A stretch of 64,000 nucleotides of DNA from Lingula anatina (Eukaryota; Animalia; Brachiopoda): positions 41,518,788 through 41,582,787 of the forward strand of contig CM120640.1 of assembly GCA_051362555.1 (NCBI GenBank), given 5' to 3'. Positions 53,649-64,000 of this stretch are shown piece after piece. Below the pieces are notes generated by a model. The model was not told the origin of the DNA. It made no database searches and saw only the letters and a program-made list of their open reading frames with translations. The translations under genes and the position numbers were made by a program. Position 1 is the stretch's first letter, and every line of letters begins with the position of its first letter.

Positions 53649-55584
53649 ACATGTGCATATGCGCATGTTCATTCACATTACTCATATTATATCCAACCTC
53701 TTTCCAAAATGGTTTCCCTATTCTGGTGAATTCATCGCTGACATCACAGGCCACTACCTTCCCATCCTCAGGAAGTACTAGTGCTATAGCCAAGGCACTA
53801 TAACCTGTGAACACTCCTGTGATAAAAATACAAATAAACAAGGAACTAAATAAACTTACAATAAACATATCCTTGAGTTAAATCATTTTTAATTAATACA
53901 AAATGACACTTCAGCCTGTAAACATTTTTAATATCAAACAAGTTTAAATGTACTTTTTATTCTGAAAACATCAAGATAGACCATTACACTATTGGCAGGT
54001 AGGATGATAATTTACAAGGGAACAGTCACACGTCCAAAATGGACAGAATAGAACAAGGTAGGGCAAAAGTAAAAAGAGAAGACAGCTTCAATTTATTACC
54101 AATGTCCAATGTTTTCTTTCCCTTTATAAGAGAAACCAAATTCTGCAAAAGTTGCATTTCATCTGTGGAGCCAAGCATTCTGTTTCTTGGGTGCTTTAAT
54201 GTTTCCTGAAGGAATGTAAATCAGAACACTACATGGTACATGTACAACAAAATTAATCTAAATTTCACAATTAATTACTAATTTTCTGAAAAATCATTTA
54301 AAGAGTGAGAGGCTAAAATTCCAATTTATATGCTTATTTAAGATCATTTAACATTATCAAAAACTGGCAAATGTGAATAGCTTTCAGACAAAAAACTAAT
54401 CTTCAACATGCTTCTCACCTCAATCAACTTCTTCTGAACTGGGAGAAGGCGGAACGAATTGTTTTCAATGTATTTTGCAACTTTATCTGCGTTAAACTGG
54501 GACTTGCGTGAATTCCTGGCATATTCAGCACTCATATAAAATTGCAAAGACTTGCGTCCTAAAAGTGGAAATTTTGCTTTGAATTAACAACTACACTATA
54601 GCCTTAAAGCTTATATTTTAAACACTTCCAGGAAACTTGTTAATCCCTTTTAGTATATAACCTATGCATACTAGTACATGTAATAAGTACTCTGTCAAAT
54701 TTCAACATTTTCATGACCATACATATTTACCAAGCTCATGCTTCGATCCTTGCCATCAACCTTCAACTATTGGAAATAACAAAATTATTTTGGTTATTCT
54801 AAAAGACTGGAATTCAGGGAGACAAAAGCCTTATGCTGTCACCTCATCCTTACTCCACTATATTCAGCAGAACAATTTTGTTTGCTGGTTAAATATTTAA
54901 CAGTTCTTTATCACTGCATGCACGGTACATTTTCGTGACAATGAATTATAAATAGAGTTAAAGTGTGGTCTTGAAAGAGAATGTGCAGACATTCATTTCA
55001 CATCATATAACAAAAATCCCACAAAACGCCAAAGGCACACATAAAAAATACACATATAAAAAAAAACTCAAGAATTCCTCTTTTCTCTCATTCTATTAAT
55101 TGGGCATATCTGTTCACCACCATGATGTACACCTTTATTGCTCTTTTATCTGTGACTGTGATACCTAACTTACCAGTACTCATACTTACAGGATTATGAA
55201 ATTTAGATGAGTTATATCCACTACTTTTAAGCTTATGGACTTAAGTATATTAATTTTATCAAGAATCAGATTGGTCTTTCAGCAACTTATCACTTTTATC
55301 ATCATCCAGCAAGCCTGGTCATCTGCACATTGGGATCAAAGTCCAACTCTGACCTCATGCACATATAAATTTTAGATTAATGAAAGACATGTGAATGTTG
55401 CATATGACACAGTGTGTTTGTATATTCCAGCATATTTATATTTTTTTTCATATTAGGGATGGGCCAAAAGGTCTGGTAAAAAGACAATATAAATCAATTC
55501 ACCTCTCCAGTATCCCACTGCTAGACTCAAGCTGATGGCACCAGCAGCACCAGCATACATAAGCCATTTGGAGTAGTCAGACAT
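52444..55584 (-). CDS. COMTD1: COMTD1-like O-methyltransferase, probable parental copy (exons 55584-55503, 54558-54419, 54205-54100, 53816-53698, 53399-53345, 53110-52977, 52596-52444; likely non-coding first exon near 56324-56400)
   Basis: Same 7-exon structure and motifs as the plus copy: MSDYSKWLMYAGAAGAISLSLAVGYWR, KTLDIGVFTGYSAL, FAFIDADKENY, VDNVIWGGSVADP, NIADGVTLCFKK. Confidence 0.93.
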
Positions 55585-56323
55585 GCTGGTAACCTAAAAA
55601 TAAAATAACAATTAGAATATAATAAATTAATAACACAATTACTGATATACTGGTACATACTGAGTACATGCATGTGGTATAATTGATGTATGATCTTAAT
55701 TATTTCATCATTCATTTTCTGGGTAAAGATGCTTGACCAAGCAGAAACCTGGCAGAAGGAACTCTTAACTGAATTAATGCCATCATAAATGACATTTCAG
55801 GAGGTATTTAGCAGGGATTTTCATGTGTTAATTAGCAATTTATTTACGGTTTCTGATACTGGTACGTGTGTACGGACCATTTGTAACACAAATACTTCGA
55901 ACGGCATATATCAGAAACCCTTAACCAGTAATGACTCGTGAAATGTCGCGTTTCTTGGTATTCAGACTTAAAAAGTTCACATTTTTTCATTATACGTAAA
56001 CATAACAAACGTAAACAAAAATTTAATAAATGGAGTTCTCAGGGTTGTTATAATATAATCCCCATGCAGTTATCTCAGCTGACACCACAGAACAAGTAAC
56101 AGAAGCTTTAACCAAATCGTGGCATAGTCATACGCCTACATTACATAATGTTGCGGTTCAGATACAATTTAGATGTGGAAAACGCTGCTTTTCAATTATG
56201 TAACAATTAAAGCACTTGCTTTCACAGTACATTAACGACGTTAACGTGTTTCCAAACTTGTTTTCTAGTGAAACTTGACTAGTAGCACAATTAATTAATA
56301 TTAGAACATTTAAAGCACCTCAC

Positions 56324-56458
56324 CTGTCTCCTAAGAGTAATCACTAACTCAGGCGCTTACCTAACCAGGTAGAAGTGCCGACTCATTTTGTTTATCTTGA
56401 AAAGCGCCACCTATACTATGGGTTGTTGGAAGCCATACTGAACCGAGTTCTTTGCAAA
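56324..56458. promoter_or_regulatory. Compact bidirectional promoter region of COMTD1 and CCT7
   Basis: Minus-strand splice donors (GTGAGG at 56323, GTAAGC at 56360) lie within ~140 bp of the CCT7 ATG. A GCGCCACCT motif sits at 56404-56412. Confidence 0.5.
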
Positions 56459-59400
56459 ATGATGGTAAGTGGCATTGAATCCTCGAACATCTTGTCTTTT
56501 AGAAAGTTGCTGTACCAATTCCTAAAACATAAGTGTAAAGGATGTACCTAAAATTCCATACTTATTTTCAGGAGAGGCTATCTTTTACCGATATATAATT
56601 TATTTAGCTCGTTTGTTGACTACTGCTGAACAGAATTCGCATGCTTGGTTGTTAGGTCATTAAATCGTTTATTTTTGCGAAAGCTGGTGTGCATTTAGTT
56701 TGTGTGATGCTTTCTTTTATCTTTGCAACGGCAGCAGGATTTAATCCGCTTGCTAATGGAGTATTGTAAGGTTGATATCAAAAGGGATACTTTATATACA
56801 CAGTGTATATATGTTCGTTAGTTATTGTCGAAAGTTTTTTTCAGCAACCACAGATTATTCTCCTGAAGGAGGGGACAGATACATCACAAGGCAAAGGGCA
56901 GATAATAAGTAATGTCAATGCCTGTCAGATCATTGCTGATGCTGTCAGGACCACCCTAGGCCCTAGGGGAATGGACAAACTCATTGTTGATGACAGAGGT
57001 AGGTACATTTACCTTATTTATAAAGTTGTATTAGACTAGAGTCTAATACAACTTTCTAAATAAGGAAGAATAATTTAAAAATAAAATAAAATTAAGTAGC
57101 CTCTGAAACATCTGTTTATGCATAAATTTCTGGAATTTTCCGTTGGGCTTGAGCTTTAGCAAAATATAGCCCACAAGATGTAGCACTTATTTTTAAAAGA
57201 TAAAGTGCTGTTTTTTTTCTTCAGGAAAGGCAACAATATCCAATGATGGGGCCACCATTTTGAAGTTATTAGATGTAGTTCATCCTGCAGCTAAAACATT
57301 AGTAGACATAGCCAAGTCTCAAGATGCAGAGGTAAATTTTTTTCATTTCCTGGTAAAATACAAAAAAATATCATATGTGCATCGAGTAAAGATATAACTG
57401 GGCAAACTGTGCTTCAGCTGATGGTACATATGTGATACACTGGTCACTAAAGAATTGCGCACAATGTAAGCATGTTAACAAACCATTTCTGGTTTCTTGA
57501 CTAGTGTTATGATTTTGTTAAATTAACCAGCTATGTCCTTGTGTCAGCCTCAGCTAGTAATCATTGCTATTACTATATGTATGTAGTAGAGAGTTATAAA
57601 TTTTTATGACCATGTTCACTGTCATCAAAACAGATATTTCTTTCTTATGAAAACGGAATTGGATGTAACCTAAAGCTGAGTCTTTAATGTAGTAGGAAAA
57701 ATAGTTTGCGCAGCAGTAACAGTAAGTAATAGCCCCAGAATATATAGGGCTTCTCTTTTCTTCAGATGTGCACTGAATTGTTTTTCATTTTCAGGTGGGA
57801 GATGGGACAACCAGTGTAACTTTACTTGCAGGAGAATTTCTTAAACAGTGTAAACCATTTATAGAAGAGGGTGTTCATCCAAATATAATCATCAGAGCAT
57901 TTAGGAAAGCAACTAATTTGGTAAGTGTTTTTGACTACCCATGCATACGGAGAGTTTGTACAATATGCCTTAATAAGTCCAATACACAATAGTTAAGAAA
58001 TTTTCTTTACTAAAAGAGTTTTCAGATTGTTGGCATTTTGGATAAATGTACTTTTTTCGAATCTCTTTCTACTGGAGTGATGGGGAAGTGGAAATGTTTG
58101 TAAAAAATTTATAGCAGTCCCATTATATAAAATAAATCTGTATTTTTAAATGCCTCTCATACATTGTATGGTGTTTCTTGTTTCAGGCTGTTTCAAAGAT
58201 AAGGGAAATTTCTGTTAAAGTCCAAAAGGATGATCCAAAGTGAGTAGGAAAAGATTTTTTTTACTGACAATGTGATTTTATGGCTTATCAACTGGTAGAT
58301 TATATAATGATTTTTTAGACAGTCAAGTATTTTCTAATGTGTTGATGTGCAGCCACAAGTTAGTCAACTGAATATTTGTTTTCTCTCATTTGTTTGGTGT
58401 TACGCTTGTGGTAGATTAACCTGCTCTGTCCTTGGATCAGCCTCAGTCCGTACTGGCCTGGGAGATCTCTGTGGACAGGGTATGGATGTTTTAGAGAGTT
58501 GGTGAGGGTTTTTCTAGTAACCCTGATCATAGTCATCAAAACATACATTTTTTTAAACCCATGTAGGATATTATTTTATGTAGAATATAAATAAAAACAT
58601 CTAAGACTTAAAATTAACTTTATTTTGAATAAGTTTGTAGCTGTAGATGCATGTCATAAAGTCTGCAAGTTGGAGTCATAGTCCTCCTTTAAATGTACAT
58701 TTTTTCCCAAAAATTATAATTCTATTTTTGAATGTTAAGTGAAATTAACTATTGAGGTGTATTTTTTTTTTTTTGTGTGTGTGTGTGTAAATTGATGGTC
58801 ATCACTTTTGTCTAAGAAAACATGGGTAGACAAGATTCTTGTATGGCATATAATGGCAATTTTAAGCAATTTAAAGGTACATACGAACCGAGCATCGGTG
58901 GAGCGTGGATTCCCAGTAACACATGTAAACCACTTCTACTAGTTTCTTATACGACTCTAATAAATTCGACATGCCAAGGGATATTAAACTGAATAAATCA
59001 CCCGATCAGCCATAAAAGAGCTTTAGAGTGCTCCTTTCTTTAAATTTTTGGTTGTCAATTTAACCTACTTTCGTGACCTACTTTTCTGCCCCATTGACAT
59101 ACAGCATAAAATGCTAGCAGAAAAATCTGTTCAAACATCACTTTCGGGTAAAATTAAACAATTTCCTTTTGGTGATTCTCTTAGTTATACTACTTGAAAC
59201 TATATGGTAGCATTTGGTTGGTTTTTATGACAAAAAATTGACTTTGTATGTATCTTTAATAGTTAGTATAATTAGATAATGAAGTGCCAGCATGTAGATT
59301 TGTTTTCATAAATATTGATGAGCATCAAAGTTATCACCAGGAAAGTAGAAAAGAAAAATGGAATACACTGTGCACACATTTATATTTTTCAGACAAGGCA

Positions 59401-61891
59401 GGGAATTACTTTTGAAGTGTGCCTCCACTGCATTAAGTTCTAAGCTAGTAGCCATGCAGAAAGATTTCTTTGCCAGTATGGTGGTGGACGCTGTCATGTT
59501 GTTGGATGAATTACTTCCTTTGAACATGATTGGTGTGAAGAAGGTGCAAGGAGGAGCTTTAGAGGTAACTATGGTTCGGACATTGTTATGAAACAATTTA
59601 TATCTAGACCATCCATACACAGATACTAAAGAGAAAAATATATAAGGGGTGTAAAAACTTCGTTTGTACAGATACAATCAATGATGTCACAATGATGCAT
59701 TACCAAAACATAACATTTTCTTATCATGGCCATGCATCTGAATAAAGACCTGATTTAAGTTTGTAAGCAATTTTTTTCAGGATTCCTTACTAGTTGCTGG
59801 AGTGGCCTTCAAAAAGACTTTTAGTTATGCTGGATTTGAAATGCAACCAAAGAAATACACAAAACCAAGAATTGCCTTGTTGAATATTGAACTGGAACTC
59901 AAGGCAGAGAAAGAAAATGCTGAAGTCAGAGTTGATTCTGTAGAGGTAAATGGAATAAACTATTTGAACTTACTTTGAAAAAAGACGATGGCAAAAAAGT
60001 GTAAAACTGACAAAAATGAGTTATTGGCAATATAGATTCAGTAAGGTTCTTGCGAGAAAATTAAAATTTGAGTTAAAGAGCTAGTATACTGAAACAGAAA
60101 AAGTGGGTACCATCTTTTCTAATTTTTTTAATGTTATAGGAGTACCAAGCTGTTGTTGATGCTGAGTGGAACATTCTGTACGAAAAATTAGAAAAAATCC
60201 ATAAGAGTGGGGCCAAAGTTGTGCTTTCCAAACTTCCAATTGGTGATGTGGCTACACAGTATTTTGCAGACAGGTGAGGGATGGGTTGAGTTCAATGTAA
60301 TAATTGGAAAAACCATTGTAAATGTTTTAATTGGGGAGGATACAATGGGCAATTCATCAAATTTGTAGGAAAGGTTAACTACTGTCTTATTTTTCAACTG
60401 TTATCAACACCCCTTTTCATCCCAAAGAAATAACGAAATCAATAGTATTACTTCTATGCTGTGCCAAATTGATTTATCATATATTTGGGCATTTTTATGA
60501 ACAACATTTAAATCTACTTAGGGATCTGTTCTGTGCTGGCCGAGTACCAGACGAGGACTTGAAAAGAACACTGAAGGCTTGTGGAGGTTCCATTCAAACC
60601 ACAGTGGCAAATCTCACGGATGATGTACTAGGCACCTGTGAGCTGTTTGAGGAACAGCAGATAGGTGGAGAGAGGTAATATGCACAGTTTTCTTATTTAA
60701 AAAAAGAAGAAAGTTGATGGTGAATAACATTTCTGCATTACCTGCTGTTCACTTTGACTAGCAAGGCAGACTTGCTAGTTAAGCTCTTCAAATATTGAAT
60801 GGTGTGAGTCACATAAATGCTTGGACTTTGTTAAATATACATCCGAAACCTTGCCTTCAAATTTTAATATGGCATGTGAGTTGAATGTTAGTCATTTCTG
60901 TATTTACAGGTTTAATATATTTACTGGGTGTCCTCAAGCAAAGACTTGCACTCTGATCTTGAGAGGAGGTGCTGAGCAGTTCATTGAGGAGACGGAGAGG
61001 TCCCTACACGATGCTATCATGATCGTCAGGAGGGCGATAAAGAATGATGCTGTAGTAGCAGGTAAGCCTGATCTTTTACACCTATGAAGAGACATGTAAC
61101 CAGGCATTTAATAGATTAAAAAGGCATATATTGTTGATTGGCAATTGTATATCATTTTAGGCAAATTCCAGTCTAAAATTTAGGTTAAAGGTGTCATTTT
61201 TTCATTACTTTCTTTGGTTTTAACTGGAGCTTTTTGTTTCAGGTGGTGGAGCTATTGAAATGGAATTAAGTAAATATTTAAGGGACCACTCTCGTACAAT
61301 TGCTGGCAAGGAGCAGCTACTTATTGGAGCCATGGCCAAGGCTCTGGAGGTCATTCCTAGACAGCTGTGTGATAATGCTGGCTTTGATGCTACTAATATT
61401 CTCAATAAATTGCGACAGAAACATGCACAAGGTGTGTAGAAGTATTTCATTACTTCCTTTTCTAATGTGCTCTTCCAGAAGAGTATTTTTGTTAAATGAA
61501 CAGTTACTTTAGGATGAAAATTCAGAAATATTGAAAGTTAATTTTAAAAACAAAATTTTCATTCAGGTTTTTTTCCGTGATGATAAGTTGATAGGTTAGA
61601 AACAGTATTATGTTCACTGGTGTTTTTTCACACAATAGTTACATTTGTATAATAAATAGATGGTCTCATTTTGTCATTTTAGGTGGCACATGGTATGGAG
61701 TTGACATTACAGCTGAAGATATTGCTGATAATTTGAAGGCTTGTGTGTGGGAACCAGCCATAGTAAAAATCAATGCTCTTACAGCAGCCTCTGAGGCTGC
61801 ATGCCTCATACTCTCTGTGGATGAGACAATCAAGAATCCAAAGGCTGGTGAGGGAGGTCCTGCAGGCAGAGGCCGAGGCAGGCCTATGTGA
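56459..61891 (+). CDS. CCT7: T-complex protein 1 subunit eta, 12 exons (approx. 56459-56464, 56845-56998, 57225-57331, 57795-57920, 58187-58239, 59393-59564, 59781-59945, 60140-60273, 60522-60674, 60910-61061, 61243-61431, 61683-61891)
   Basis: MM|[124 protein letters not shown]-terminal GRGRGRPM. Confidence 0.98.
58875..59255. mobile_element. MITE family B with TTAA TSD, copy 2, in a CCT7 intron
   Basis: ttaa|aggtacata ... tatgtatct|ttaa; inverted homologue of 44701-45103. Confidence 0.85.
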
Positions 61892-62274
61892 TGATTATAT
61901 AGTTTACTCTTGGCTTGACACTACATGGACTTGAAGTGAGGACCAACACTGGACTCTGTTGATGCTTATGGGTTGCATCTGCGTGGCTCTTACAGATACA
62001 TGCTCACCTTTGAAAACTGTCAACTACTCATCTAGATAACTGGCATACAATATCAGTTGTTTGCAAATAGGGGATAAAATCTGTGAATGTATGGCTTATC
62101 ATAGATGGTTGGAACTCCACAAAGGGGTATTAACAATAACAGTGGTTGCCAATATGATGAACAAAATTATTTAAATAGTCAATTGTGATGTGTCATTATC
62201 ATATATTATATCGTGTGACTTTTCTTTTGTAAATTGAAATTGTTTTGCACCAATTAACGGCGTTTTGTTTTAAG

Positions 62275-62280
62275 AATAAA
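62275..62280 (+). terminator. Likely CCT7 polyadenylation signal
   Basis: AATAAA ~385 nt after the stop codon, followed by GT-rich downstream sequence. Confidence 0.55.
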
Positions 62281-63298
62281 GAAAAATCTTGTAAAGAAAC
62301 TGTTGTGAGACAATTGTTTCAAGTGCTTAGCCTGTGGTTTTGGGTGTGGATGGTGATGTGGGACACCCGTTTTACTTTGTCTACATTGTAGGACAAACAA
62401 GGTGGACATGCTTTTAACATAACTCTTGCATTACAATATCGTATTATTCCAGGTGAAATTATAGTTGCATTCAACGCATTGCATGTATGAAAAAATGTGC
62501 CAGTTTATGTACACATGTTGTAAAGATGTTTTATTCCCTCCTAAATACAAGACGTACATTTACATAAGGACATGTCCCTCACAATTTGTATTGCACATAA
62601 AGACGTGACAGAAAACTATGTACTAGAAAACTGCTCTCAACAAATCTAGGTAGTAATGCATTGTCCAGCTTTATGCAGCTTGTCCATCTAAATCGACTTC
62701 CTTCCAGTGATGAAGAAATCGATATCTATTATCATTTATAAACAACATCCATAGTCTTCATATAGCCAACTCTGGAGCAAATGAGAACAATCTTTCTTCC
62801 ATCTTTTTCTACATAAAATCCAGGTCCAACATCGTCAGTCCACAATGATCATTTATATTCATATTTACAAAAGTATTAATTACATCTAGAACTACCCCTG
62901 ATCAGAGGTGCAGCTGTGTTGAAGGGCACCTGAAATAAAATGCAAGGCCATTAAAACTTAATACAGCTGATCAAACAGCTACAATTTTTCAAGTTACAAA
63001 AATTTAGTTTGAGCCCTCTCTCAACTATTCACCTAATAATTTAAAGTGTTGTTTATCTTGAAACACACTGATCTTCCATGGAAGAGAATTTTTCTTTGGT
63101 AAAAGCAGTAATCACTATGAACATTGCTTCATTTAAATCTCATAAGTTGCAAAAAAACTTCGGTTCTCTTCAGAGTGACATAGGATCTTCTGTATCAGGA
63201 GTAAAACAAAAAACTTCTGTAACAAACCAGTTGAATAAGTGAGACAACCAGGCTCTGAAACTTTTTAAGAATGCATTCTTATCAATTTACCTGTTCTA

Positions 63299-64000
63299 TC
63301 ACTTCCACCTTTGTGAAATATGATAAGCTTCATCTCCTTTAATCAGGGGTCCCAACAATGGATTGAGTTGAAATGCCCATGTGATAAACCAGCTACAAAC
63401 ACAAAAAAATATTAACTACAAACAATCGTTTTAAAACTGATCATTTATCAATGCCCATCTACTTCATTTTGTAATTTATTATTTGAAGCGCCCACTTCCA
63501 TTATAAATATATAGTGAGTATACAAAATACTTTTACAAACTCCTTTCATGTTACTTTGGATAATTAAAAATATGCAACAATGAATTGTTTTCTTTGTGAC
63601 AAAGCATTGCTAAAAATTCTGGCTAATGTTGCTTTCAATGACGGCTAAAAGTTAATATTTAATAAGCTGAAATGCCCCAAATGATGCATTTGTCTACATA
63701 ACATGTAAACATTTATGGCAAATATGAAACACTTCACCCAAAGATTCCAACATTTGGAATTTAACAGGCAGGGCAAGTCCGAAAATATGTGTAAACAAAA
63801 GTCAAGTCACAAAGTACTGAGCTGAGAGAAATGGCGATTGATGTTACACAGGATAACATTTCAGGAGTATTCTTTGAAATTTTGTATTCTCAGTTATCAA
63901 TGTCGGATGTGGGACTTAAACAAAATGTGAAACAGCCTCTTATAACCTTGGACATTTGGAAACATTACTTTTGCTTACACAGATGTTTACTTACAAAAAC
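63299..64000 (-). CDS. ATP6V0E: V-type proton ATPase subunit e, partial (last coding exon 63392-63299, plus the end of the preceding exon 64000-63995); gene continues beyond the window
   Basis: Minus-strand exon reads (F)WFITWAFQLNPLLGPLIKGDEAYHISQRWK*, matching the subunit e signature FW......QLNPL.GP. Flanked by TAG acceptor and GTAAAT donor. Not present in the ORF track. Confidence 0.88.

Noticed and set aside
62690-62929. A further coding exon on the minus strand
   Set aside because: All three frames stop shortly after the acceptor; better explained as the ATP6V0E 3' UTR exon.

Overview
Intron-rich, AT-rich eukaryotic DNA from an invertebrate animal (gene set and repeat types suggest a mollusc or other lophotrochozoan; this is inference). 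No prokaryotic features were found. Spliced genes reconstructed by hand, in order: a small type-I membrane protein with 3 EGF repeats (-); an MFSD1-like lysosomal transporter (-) head-to-head with PIF1 helicase (+); two tandem GPR157/cAMP-receptor-like 7TM genes (-); two intact COMTD1-like O-methyltransferases in convergent (inverted) arrangement, with a frameshifted protein-kinase remnant between them; CCT7 (+) head-to-head with the minus-strand COMTD1; and the 3' part of V-ATPase subunit e (-). Introns and intergenic DNA carry many non-autonomous DNA elements. These include three copies of a Helentron-type (HINE) element with a 146-bp tandem array dense in nuclear-receptor half-sites, a foldback element built from hairpins, MITEs with 5-bp, TTAA and TTA target-site duplications, and nested insertions. 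I found no clear-cut novel system. The best leads are the HINE-borne 146-bp AGGTCA array, the diverged COMTD1 duplicate and a 30-bp segment shared by two unrelated MITEs. All exon coordinates were read by eye and may be off by a few bases.
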